A DNA stretch of 32,000 nt. Origin: Planctopirus limnophila DSM 3776 (lineage in GTDB: Bacteria > Planctomycetota > Planctomycetia > Planctomycetales > Planctomycetaceae). Positions 1-8,563 of the stretch are shown in pieces; position 1 is the stretch's first letter; the number at the start of each line of letters is the position of its first letter. A model generated the notes under the pieces. The model made no database searches. It saw only the letters and a list, made by a program, of their open reading frames with translations, and was not told where the DNA came from. Position numbers and translations under genes: made by a program. The stretch is taken from NCBI RefSeq assembly GCF_000092105.1, contig NC_014148.1, positions 30,001 to 62,000 on the forward strand. The letters run 5' to 3'.

Positions 1-1
1 A

Positions 2-1606
2 TCGACCTATGCCGATGCCAACGACAAGTCGCAACCGGCCATCCGCTGGCTGCTTGATATTATGGCGCAGCCGCGAGTGGGTGGTGATCACCGGGTGTTG
101 CGGATCGAGAACTTTGAACTGCTGGCACTTTTGGGGCTGGAGCGTCGCCCTGGTTTTCGTTACAGCCCGATGGAAGTGGCTGATAAGCTGCCGGAACTGG
201 CCCGTCAGGCAGATCTGGCTCGAGAAAAACCTGCGACTGAGTTAACGGCTTTTGAGAAGAAGCTGCTGCAGTTTGAGCGCCAGATTGGCCAACTCGATCT
301 GCTGACTGCAGCCTTTGGATTGCCGCGGATTGGTCAGGAGAACCCGGCTAACGATCTGCGTGAAGCGATTCGTCGTCAGCAGGCGCTGGAAGTTCGTCAT
401 CCACCACTGGCAGTCCCACCGGCTGCAGATGAAGACAAATGGCAGACATTTGCTTCCGCCTGGACGATGGGCATTATTCGTTCGGTTCTTTCTCGCGAAG
501 AACAGGACAGCCAGGCACTGTCTTATCTGGTCACGATCTACTCCTCGTGGGCAGCCAATAAACCTCAGGAATTTAATAAAGCGGTTGCAGATTATCGGGA
601 GTGGCTGGCGACACAGAACCTCAAAGATGTTTCGCTGACAAAGTTACGTTTTGAAGCCTATTTCAACCGGGTCGACTGGTTTACTCAGGCGGCTGTGGTG
701 TACTTGGCGGGATTCGTGCTGGCCATGCTCTCGTGGCTCTTCTGGCAGAAGCCACTCGGGAGAGCCGCACTGGCGCTGCTGATTCTGGGCGTCATTGTGC
801 ATACGTTGGCGCTGGCAGGCCGGATGTATATTTCGGGACGACCACCCGTAACCAATCTGTATTCTTCGGCGGTCTTCATTGGCTGGGCCAGTGTACTGCT
901 GGGGATTTTGCTGGAGGCGATCTATCGCAATGGGATTGGCAATGTGATTGGAGCGACCGCTGGATATGCCACACTCCTGATTGCCTGGGGTCTGGCGGCT
1001 GATGGGGATACGTTCGATGTGCTGCAGGCCGTGCTGGATACACAGTTCTGGCTGGCGACACATGTGACGTGTATCACGCTGGGCTATGCGACCACTTACA
1101 TCGCGGGGCTCCTGGGGCTGATCTATCTGGTGCGTGGCGTGCTGACGCCTTCGCTGACTCCAAACATGCACCGCGAGCTTTATCGTATGACCTATGGCGT
1201 GTTGTGTTTCTCAATTTTCTTCAGTTTTGTCGGGACGGTGCTCGGCGGACTGTGGGCGGACGATTCGTGGGGCCGCTTCTGGGGATGGGATCCGAAAGAA
1301 AACGGCGCCCTGATGATTGTGCTGTGGAATGCACTGGCATTGCACGCCCGCTGGGGAGGCCTCGTGAAAGAACGAGGGCTGGCAGTCCTGGCTGTGATGG
1401 GGAACATCGTCGTGAGCTGGTCGTGGTTTGGCGTGAACGAACTGGGTGTCGGGCTGCATTCTTATGGGTTCAAAGAAGGAACCCTCTTCTGGCTGGGCCT
1501 GTTCGTCCTTTCGCAATTGGTCGTTGTGATGCTGGGGCTGGTTCCTAAAGGGTTCTGGTGGAGTGCCCGGAGACATCCGGAACTGCTGAGTTATTACGAC
1601 CGTTAA
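2..1606 (+). CDS. ccsA: cytochrome c biogenesis protein, CcsA/ResC family (System II heme handling); probably 5'-truncated by the window edge
   Basis: It has multiple TM helices and the Trp-rich heme-handling motif GGLWADDSWGRFWGWDPKENGALMIVLW. The reading frame is open from nt 2 (STYADANDKSQPAIRWLLDI precedes the ATG at 62), so the real start may lie upstream of the window. Confidence 0.85.
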   Translation, partial: STYADANDKSQPAIRWLLDIMAQPRVGGDHRVLRIENFELLALLGLERRPGFRYSPMEVADKLPELARQADLAREKPATELTAFEKKLLQFERQIGQLDLLTAAFGLPRIGQENPANDLREAIRRQQALEVRHPPLAVPPAADEDKWQTFASAWTMGIIRSVLSREEQDSQALSYLVTIYSSWAANKPQEFNKAVADYREWLATQNLKDVSLTKLRFEAYFNRVDWFTQAAVVYLAGFVLAMLSWLFWQKPLGRAALALLILGVIVHTLALAGRMYISGRPPVTNLYSSAVFIGWASVLLGILLEAIYRNGIGNVIGATAGYATLLIAWGLAADGDTFDVLQAVLDTQFWLATHVTCITLGYATTYIAGLLGLIYLVRGVLTPSLTPNMHRELYRMTYGVLCFSIFFSFVGTVLGGLWADDSWGRFWGWDPKENGALMIVLWNALALHARWGGLVKERGLAVLAVMGNIVVSWSWFGVNELGVGLHSYGFKEGTLFWLGLFVLSQLVVVMLGLVPKGFWWSARRHPELLSYYDR

Positions 1607-1657
1607 CTTGTTGGGCCTGATGTGTTCTCCCACGCGGACGCGGGCATAAGTCTTACT

Positions 1658-1683
1658 CCTTCTCCCGTTCCGACGGGAGAAGG
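1658..1683. terminator. perfect 11-bp stem-loop between convergent ccsA and SUI1 genes (candidate bidirectional terminator)
   Basis: ccttctcccgt (1658-1668) pairs with acgggagaagg (1673-1683) around a 4-nt loop. There is no clear U-tract. Confidence 0.45.
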
Positions 1684-1719
1684 CCGGGATGAGGGGAAGA
1701 AATAACCAGTGCAATCAGA

Positions 1720-2082
1720 TCACTTCGACTTTCCACCGGCAATTCGATAGCCCAAGGTCTTGAGCTGATCGGTGATTCGCTGTAGCTGCTGCCCCTGAAT
1801 GATGAGATCGTCTTCCTCAATCGATCCACCAGCTCCACACGTCGATTTCAGACCTGTCAGCAATGCAGCAAAGTCTGTTGTCTCTCGCTTGAGACCGCGC
1901 ACGATCGTCACAAATCGATTCCCTTTGCGCTTTTCTTCAAACAGTTTCACCGTTTGAGTCTTAGGGTCGGCCCAGGTGGGAGCTTTGACGACCGGCGGGC
2001 AAGCGCACTCGTCTTCCAGCTTCTGACACACCTCACATGTCGGTGGCCTGTCAAATGCCGTTCCGGCAAAGAGACGAGTCAT
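1720..2082 (-). CDS. yciH: translation initiation factor SUI1/eIF1 family (YciH-like)
   Basis: The 120-aa product has the SUI1-type core FVTIVRGL...LKSTCGAGGSIEEDDLIIQGQQ. Its ATG lies 12 nt downstream of the hisS stop, so it is probably co-transcribed with hisS. Confidence 0.85.
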   Translation of the reverse strand: MTRLFAGTAFDRPPTCEVCQKLEDECACPPVVKAPTWADPKTQTVKLFEEKRKGNRFVTIVRGLKRETTDFAALLTGLKSTCGAGGSIEEDDLIIQGQQLQRITDQLKTLGYRIAGGKSK

Positions 2083-2094
2083 GGCAGGTCACAC

Positions 2095-3429
2095 TCACTT
2101 TCCAGCAGCCAGAATCTCGAGTAAACGGGTTTCCAGAACCGCATCGGCAATCATTTCTTTACTGCCCGACTGCAGATCTTTGACTTGCCATTCGCCCTTC
2201 GCGAATTCATCGCTCCCTGCAATGACTGCCAGTCGGAAGCCCTTCCGATCGGCATACTGCAATTGCTTGCCCAGCTTCTTCGCTTCGGGATAAACCTCAG
2301 TCGCGATACCTGCCGCACGCAGGCGGCGGGCCAGATGCATATAGGCCCCCAGCTTCGATTCATCGAACTGGGGCACGAAGACCACTGCAGGTGTTGTGGC
2401 ATGCCCGATCATGCCCAGTTCTTCCATGGCAGCCAGCAATCGATCCAGGCCCAGGCTGGCACCAATCCCGGGCAATTGTTCCTTCGTAAAGAGCCCGGCG
2501 AGATTATCGTATCGACCACCCGAACAGACACTTCCGATGGTGGGAAGGGCTGTCAGAAAGGTCTCGTAAATGGTGCCGGTGTAATAATCCAGACCACGGG
2601 CAATCGAGAGATCAATCGTCACGGCACTGGCGGGAATTCCCGCTTCTTTGGCTGCTGAAAGCAACTCTTTGAGCCGGGCGACCCCTTCACTGGCTTTGGC
2701 ATTTGACGCCAGCAGTTTTTCCAGTTGATCGAGATCGGCTTCGCTGGAAAGCAGATCCAGGACCTGCGCAGCCTGATCACTGGAAAGGGAGACCTTTTCA
2801 ACCATCTCGGCCAACACGGCTTCCCGACCGACTTTGGGGAGCTTATCGATCGCTCTCAGCACACCCACTGATTTCTCCGCGACACCCAACTGCTCTAAAA
2901 CACCATTGAGAATCAGTCGGTTATTGACACGAATACCGAACTGTGGCTGACCATTTTGAGTAAAGCCAATCGCACTGAGGAGATCATAAATCACCATCAA
3001 CGTTTCGATATCAGCCGCATTCGAGAGGGTGCCAATCGTGTCGAAATCACATTGGACAAACTCGCGATAGCGTCCCTTCTGCGGCTTTTCGCCACGCCAG
3101 ACGGGAGCGATATGATATCGCTTGAAGGGCAACCCCAACTCACCCGCATGCATCGCAGAGAACCGTGCCAGGGGGACGGTTAAATCAAACCGCATGGCCA
3201 CATCGCGGTCGCCGTTATCGCGGAAGCGAAAGAGCTGCTTATCCGATTCATCGCCACCTTTGCCCAGCAGAATCTCGCTGTATTCGAGCACAGGGGTATC
3301 GATCGGACTGAAGCCATAGCTGCGATAAACCCGGCGGGCCGTCTCCATCAGCCGCTCACGAGCCATCATGGCATCCGGCAGATAGTCACGAAATCCACCC
3401 AGGACACGCGGTGTAATCAACTCAGACAT
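2095..3429 (-). CDS. hisS: histidine--tRNA ligase
   Basis: The 444-aa class II aaRS product starts with the typical HisS N-terminus (PRVLGGFRDYLP, RFRDNGDRDVAMRFDLTVPLARF, YHIAPVWRGEKPQKGRYREFVQCDFD) and ends in an anticodon-binding domain. Confidence 0.95.
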   Translation of the reverse strand: MSELITPRVLGGFRDYLPDAMMARERLMETARRVYRSYGFSPIDTPVLEYSEILLGKGGDESDKQLFRFRDNGDRDVAMRFDLTVPLARFSAMHAGELGLPFKRYHIAPVWRGEKPQKGRYREFVQCDFDTIGTLSNAADIETLMVIYDLLSAIGFTQNGQPQFGIRVNNRLILNGVLEQLGVAEKSVGVLRAIDKLPKVGREAVLAEMVEKVSLSSDQAAQVLDLLSSEADLDQLEKLLASNAKASEGVARLKELLSAAKEAGIPASAVTIDLSIARGLDYYTGTIYETFLTALPTIGSVCSGGRYDNLAGLFTKEQLPGIGASLGLDRLLAAMEELGMIGHATTPAVVFVPQFDESKLGAYMHLARRLRAAGIATEVYPEAKKLGKQLQYADRKGFRLAVIAGSDEFAKGEWQVKDLQSGSKEMIADAVLETRLLEILAAGK

Positions 3430-4075
3430 AAATCCACTTTTCAGGCAGTCAACAGGTTCAAATATTCAAAAATTGCTGTCAGCGACAGGGGGCTGCACAA
3501 AATCTCAGGCAACTTCCCACGGAGGGTTGAGACCTTTGTGAACCGAGTAGAGGCCAAGCCTGAGCACAGGTTCACAACTTTGCCCAATCCGATCTGAGAC
3601 AACAGCAATTCCCGCGAACCGATTGTTATACCAAGCTCGGCAAAGCATGGCATGTCAGTCGCTGTCGAACGCTTTCACTTCAAACTTGCTGACATGTTCG
3701 GGCATGGCAGCCTGTATGGCTGATTTCATCCTTTGGCCGGTGCCTGAGAGAGTCGTTAAGACTCTTTCCTTGGATACAACAGCAAAGCCAGTCAACCGAT
3801 CAGGAGGATGTTCGCGCATCAGGTCATCAAATCGTCACTATGCATTGAAACAGTAGTAGACTTTTGTGCAAACAAAGGCTCGGATTTGTGCAGATATTGA
3901 GACTGCGTTTGAACTCTCAATTCGATGCTATTGAGACGATGTGTCGATTCAATAATTTCAGTGGAGACTCGATTCCCAAGGATTGACGACACCTTTCAGA
4001 ATTGAAAGATAGACGCACGCGCTCGACACCCGATGACTCAGCAATTCTCAAGGCCGGTCGTATTGCGACCTGGCC

Positions 4076-5662
4076 ATGATCAATCGAGGTCTGTTGATGC
4101 CGATCCGTCTCGTATTTCCAAGCGTCTGCTCAGGCAATGTTCACTCGGAACGTACAGTTTCTTTGACAGCAGTTGCCCCACGTCTTTATACACGAGACGG
4201 TCAGTTTAAGACTGGCGCGCTTTTCACACCGTATCATGACCTCACTGGCACTGTGACCAGGGCATGGCACATTTTTGAAACCCATTTGCCGCTCAAGAGG
4301 TTTCGAAAACTTTGCGAGGTTCTCCGAGATTTGATTCTAAAGGTCGCCATTCTCCTGATGCTGGTATTGTTCATCGTTCAAGGGTCTGGTGCATCGTTAT
4401 CGGCTCAGGAGACTGCATCCACTTGTGAGGTAAACGCTACGAATCGTGAGCCCGAGACAACCGCTTCGCCATCTGTAGCGCTTAAGCCGAAAGCCAGGGC
4501 CGTTCGTTCTATCGAGGAACGCTCTCAGCACATTCAGCGGCTACGCAAAGAGTATGAACTTCCCACTTCGAACTGGCCTGCCCCTGCTGTTGATGCCGGA
4601 GTCAAATGGCGTGAACTCGGGACAATCGAAGCTCCACCAGTCTCGGCACTGGCACCGACATCGCCCGCGAAGATTCAACTGGGTCGAGTGCTCTTTTTTG
4701 ACCCTCGACTTTCACGGACGAAGGAAATGGCTTGCGCCTCCTGCCACGATCCCGATCTGGGATGGGCTGACGGTCGCATGTCGGCCTTCGGACTGGGGCG
4801 AACCATTCTGGCACGCAATACTCCCAGCATCCTCAATGCTTCGTTACAACCTGCATTATTCTGGGATAGTCGAGCCCGGAATCTGGAGGATCAGGCCAGA
4901 CAGGTCCTTTTGAACCCTAAAGAAATGGGAGCGACAGAAGCTGACCTGATCGCGACGCTCGGCAATATCTCTGAGTATCGCGTTCTCTTTCAGGAAGCAT
5001 TTGGGAGCGAATCGGTTTCTCTGGATCGAGTTTCGCAAGCGATTGCTGCGTTCGAAACCACTCTTCTGGGGGGACGCAGTCCTTTCGATCGATTCCTGAA
5101 TGGACAAAGCCAGGCACTTTCTGATTCTGCACTTGTGGGGCTCGATCTGTTTCGGCGCGAAGCCCGCTGTATCAATTGCCACCATGGCCCGACGTTTTCC
5201 GATGGTCAGCTGCATGGCCTGAATATCAGTCATTACGGCAACAAACGCGAAGATCTGGGTCGTTACAACGTGACCGGAGCTGCTCAGGATTCGGGCCTGT
5301 TTCGGACGCCGTCACTGCGTAATGTCACCGCCACTGGCCCTTACATGCATTCCGGCCTCTTTGAACTGGATGAACTGCTGACACTGTACAACGCCGGCAT
5401 GCCCAGAACCCCTCATGCCAACGACAACTCCAAAACACCACGATCCAGTCAATACTCCGGCACTAAGCCTCTTCCAGTCAAAAGCCCATTGCTGAAACCT
5501 TTGGGTTTGAACAGCCAGGATCTTCAGGATCTGGCCAGTTTTCTGGAAGCGCTGGCCGAACCTCGTATTCGTATTCGACCACCAGAACTTCCAGCGTCTG
5601 ATTCCCAGAGGGAGCTGACCAATCAAAAAGCTGCCAGCCGACCTGCGGATGAAAGTTCGTAA
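4076..5662 (+). CDS. di-heme cytochrome c peroxidase (CCP/MauG family), exported
   Basis: It carries two CxxCH motifs in CCP context (CASCHDPDLGWADGR and CINCHHGPTFSDG), plus FRTPSLRNV and GPYMHSG. The start is uncertain. About 85 aa precede the signal-like helix ILKVAILLMLVLFIVQGSGASLSAQ, and in-frame GTG 4253 or TTG 4286 are alternatives. Confidence 0.85.
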   Translation: MINRGLLMPIRLVFPSVCSGNVHSERTVSLTAVAPRLYTRDGQFKTGALFTPYHDLTGTVTRAWHIFETHLPLKRFRKLCEVLRDLILKVAILLMLVLFIVQGSGASLSAQETASTCEVNATNREPETTASPSVALKPKARAVRSIEERSQHIQRLRKEYELPTSNWPAPAVDAGVKWRELGTIEAPPVSALAPTSPAKIQLGRVLFFDPRLSRTKEMACASCHDPDLGWADGRMSAFGLGRTILARNTPSILNASLQPALFWDSRARNLEDQARQVLLNPKEMGATEADLIATLGNISEYRVLFQEAFGSESVSLDRVSQAIAAFETTLLGGRSPFDRFLNGQSQALSDSALVGLDLFRREARCINCHHGPTFSDGQLHGLNISHYGNKREDLGRYNVTGAAQDSGLFRTPSLRNVTATGPYMHSGLFELDELLTLYNAGMPRTPHANDNSKTPRSSQYSGTKPLPVKSPLLKPLGLNSQDLQDLASFLEALAEPRIRIRPPELPASDSQRELTNQKAASRPADESS

Positions 5663-5788
5663 GACGCGGCGGTCTCACACGTACTCTCACTCAGAGAACC
5701 TGAGGACTGGATCCTTGGGCTTTCCTATAAATCGTTTCGCGTTCGACTCAATCCTTTTGTCTCGTCATTTTCTTCAGGACTTCAGGCT

Positions 5789-6784
5789 ATGCTCTCTCCA
5801 TTACGCCCTCACGCTGCTCATCGTCATTCTTTGCGATCCGCATTTACGCTGATCGAACTGCTGGTTGTGATCACCATCATTGCGGTTCTGATTGCCTTGT
5901 TGCTCCCCGCAGTCCAACAGGCCAGAGAAGCATCCCGACGCACTCAATGCAAAAACAATCTGCATCAACTGGGTTTAGGTCTGCATAATCATCATTCGGC
6001 TTATGATGCTTTTCCTTCAACGATCAGTGGCACCATCGATGGTGTCAGTGTTTTCCATGGATGGGGTGCACAGATCCTGCCCTATATGGATCAATCGCCA
6101 CTTTCCGGGATCTACGATTTTCGCCAGCGAAATAACAACGCGGTGAATCGCACAGCCGTTGAAACGCCTCTTTCGTTTCATGTTTGTCCAAGTGTTCCCG
6201 GTGATACCCGGCGGAATTTTCGATTTGTCACAGGTGCCGCTGGATGGGGCGCAGCATCCAGCGATTACATGGGTGTTTCTTCGATTTCGACAACTCAGTA
6301 CACCAACGGATTCGTGGCGACACCTCGCCCGACGAATACCGATGGAGTTTTCCTGTTTTCGAGCAGGCCGGGTACGCCAGGTCGTAAAATCAAGGATGTC
6401 ATTGACGGCACATCGAACACCATGATGGTCTGTGAATCGGCCGGTCGTTCTCACATTTACCGCCTCGGAAACATGGTTGGTAACTGCGATCAGTCCATGC
6501 TCACAGCCACAACGACGGTTGGAAACGCCAATTGTGTTACGATTTCCTCCTGGGCTGAAGCCAATCTGGGAGCATTGCGCGGCTCACTGTCGGATGGAAC
6601 AGACACTCGAGGTCCATGCATGGTGAACTGCACCAACAACTTCCAGATCTACAGCTTTCATGAAGGAAGCGCAAACATTCTGATGGTCGATGGATCGGTT
6701 CGTTCTCTCAGTGAGAATGTCAGCAACGATATCGTGGCTGGTTTGATTACCATTGAAGGTTACGAAGTGCTTGGTGAATTCTGA
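5789..6784 (+). CDS. DUF1559 family protein with prepilin-type N-terminal cleavage/methylation domain
   Basis: It has the N-terminal leader [37 protein letters not shown] and the C-terminal H-X9-DG motif [14 protein letters not shown]. Confidence 0.9.
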   Translation: MLSPLRPHAAHRHSLRSAFTLIELLVVITIIAVLIALLLPAVQQAREASRRTQCKNNLHQLGLGLHNHHSAYDAFPSTISGTIDGVSVFHGWGAQILPYMDQSPLSGIYDFRQRNNNAVNRTAVETPLSFHVCPSVPGDTRRNFRFVTGAAGWGAASSDYMGVSSISTTQYTNGFVATPRPTNTDGVFLFSSRPGTPGRKIKDVIDGTSNTMMVCESAGRSHIYRLGNMVGNCDQSMLTATTTVGNANCVTISSWAEANLGALRGSLSDGTDTRGPCMVNCTNNFQIYSFHEGSANILMVDGSVRSLSENVSNDIVAGLITIEGYEVLGEF

Positions 6785-6878
6785 TGCTCGACGCATTCGT
6801 TGCTCGATTCATGTCGAATGGAAAGTCGCATCTGACACCAGAATTTCGCCTGCACAATACTCACGGAAAAATTGCATC

Positions 6879-8324
6879 ATGTCTGTATCTGTCGGTTTTC
6901 TATTCCGCCCTTCCAGGCAGCGTACATTCCCCGGCACCAGAATCTTGAGCCTGCTGTCATTTGTAGCGATGTTGGTGCTCCCCTCGGTTTATGTGTTTGC
7001 CGTTGACAGCCCCTCGTCAACGAACAAACTTGAGGCTGCAGGTAACACGGCATCCATCGCCAACAAGACTTCACGACTGTCAGAGGGTGCAAATCTCCAG
7101 GATCCTTTCCCGGCTCTGACGCATCTGCTTTTCACAGACAAACTCGTTCCTGTCGAAATCGGGACGGTTGTTCCTGCTCCCGCGGGAACCGAGGTGGTGG
7201 TTGATCCGAAGCGACCTTGGTACTTCGGCAAACGTGAAGGGACTTCTGCTGACGAGCGGATCTTTGACGGGGATGTACGAGTCTCGCCACTGCTTAAATG
7301 GAACAATGACAACACTGGAAAACTGCAGCTCCTTGCAACCGAGCTTCGTACGGCACTGGCCAATCCTCAACGTAAGCCCGCACCCCTGATGCAGCTCTCG
7401 TTGCAGTGGGATCTGCTGAGTGTCTGGTGGCGTCTGGAACAAACCGAAGGAACTCCCCCCGAAGTTCTTTTGGAACTGGCCCGCCTCATTACCGATCTTG
7501 CACAACCGGCTCAAACGCTCAACTCCTTACCCGATGGCTACGAACGGGCTAAAGCCCAGTTCGCTGGTTCGAAAATGGTGGGCTATCAGACGCCCTGGTT
7601 CAGTTCTGATGAGATTCTGGCTGAACAGGATGGCTGGCAACAGCTCGCTCGCCGCTCAAGTAAGCTCTTTGTGGCCCCTCACTCGCTGCGTGCTTCGCGA
7701 ATTTATATGAAAGCCCTTGATCCCGCTGGAACCAGTGCTGATACCGAAGCCTTCCTTAAGGCGTGGGCGACTTCGGGAACCACACGTGACTGGCAACCCG
7801 ATCGACAGGTGCAGACGGCGATGATTCTGTCGCTGATCGGCATTACTCCTGATCTGCAGGCCGTTGCGACACCTGTCATTGACGAAATCCGCTTCCGTGT
7901 CGTGCATGCTCCGCAGGATCAGATTGATCCCCTGGAGACCACGTCCCGGGATGGTTCGACCATCTGGCTCTACTACCTATCCCGCTCCGGAACACAACAG
8001 GCTGGTCAACCGACCTATCGGTTTGTCAGTGGTAACGAGCAGGCACTCTTTCCCGAGTACGGCACATCCAAGCACACCACCTTTGCTGCTCAATGCACGC
8101 TCTGTCATCGACTTGAAAACTCAGGGAAGCAGGCACCTGGCGGGATCCGTTCGCTTTCGTCTTATGCTGGGGGAAAAACCACATCCGACCGGCTCCATCG
8201 CTTCCGGCTGGCGGAGACCGAAATGTCTGTGGTGACTGCCCGTCTGAAAGAACGCCTGGCTGTAGGAGCCAAAACTCTCCCACTCGCCGAGTTCGAATAT
8301 AAGAAAACCACCAACGGGCTCTAG
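6879..8324 (+). CDS. hypothetical exported protein with a single C-terminal CxxCH heme-c motif
   Basis: The long ORF is in codon-usage context. I chose the ATG at 6879 because it gives the signal-like N-terminus MSVSVGFLFRPSRQRTFPGTRILSLLSFVAMLVLPSVYVFA. The track start at 6753 would overlap the upstream gene by 32 nt. The only motif I recognise is AAQCTLCHRLE. Confidence 0.7.
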   Translation: MSVSVGFLFRPSRQRTFPGTRILSLLSFVAMLVLPSVYVFAVDSPSSTNKLEAAGNTASIANKTSRLSEGANLQDPFPALTHLLFTDKLVPVEIGTVVPAPAGTEVVVDPKRPWYFGKREGTSADERIFDGDVRVSPLLKWNNDNTGKLQLLATELRTALANPQRKPAPLMQLSLQWDLLSVWWRLEQTEGTPPEVLLELARLITDLAQPAQTLNSLPDGYERAKAQFAGSKMVGYQTPWFSSDEILAEQDGWQQLARRSSKLFVAPHSLRASRIYMKALDPAGTSADTEAFLKAWATSGTTRDWQPDRQVQTAMILSLIGITPDLQAVATPVIDEIRFRVVHAPQDQIDPLETTSRDGSTIWLYYLSRSGTQQAGQPTYRFVSGNEQALFPEYGTSKHTTFAAQCTLCHRLENSGKQAPGGIRSLSSYAGGKTTSDRLHRFRLAETEMSVVTARLKERLAVGAKTLPLAEFEYKKTTNGL

Positions 8325-8391
8325 CCATCGTGGTGGGGGCCACGGAAAAATGGTCGTCATCCGTCCCATGGCTCCCTTTCACAACGGTGTT

Positions 8392-8423
8392 GAATAGCTG
8401 GGGAGTTGAACCCTCAGCTATTC
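8392..8423 (+). terminator. stem-loop followed by a T-rich tract, downstream of 6879-8324
   Basis: gaatagctg (8392-8400) pairs with cagctattc (8415-8423), extended by ggg/ccc. The following sequence is actcattctttctt. Confidence 0.45.
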
Positions 8424-8563
8424 ACTCATTCTTTCTTGGACAACAAGACTAATCTCGTTCAGTTTTCAATCGCTCACCCCATCAAAACACTCGTGCATTT
8501 TGATGCGTTCTCAGGTAGATTGCTGAAACGATCTCATTCCTGCGTTTTGTGCGAGGCTCCCTG

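Noticed and set aside
9-245. Numerous 60-175-aa ORFs overlapping the large CDS in other frames, for example 9-245, 315-638, 644-1171, 2185-2658 and 4554-4913.
   Set aside because: They are fully nested in genes with strong family signatures, have skewed R/S/C/W-rich composition, and show no motifs. They are frame shadows.
3655-3819. A 54-aa minus-strand ORF (MREHPPDRLTGFAVVSKERVLTTLSGTGQRMKSAIQAAMPEHVSKFEVKAFDSD) in the hisS-peroxidase gap.
   Set aside because: It has no RBS before the ATG, uses several codons that look rare for this genome (AGA, TTA, GTA), and has no recognisable family. I cannot support it from sequence alone.
6753-6878. Upstream extensions offered by the ORF track: 6753 for the CxxCH protein, 13711 for DUF1559, 14933 for DUF1559, 17027 for FGase, 21016 for Gfo/Idh/MocA, 22188 for DUF1080 and 25657 for the exonuclease.
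   Set aside because: In each case an internal ATG gives a canonical signal peptide or prepilin leader, often with a better RBS. The extension either overlaps the upstream gene or adds sequence with no family resemblance.
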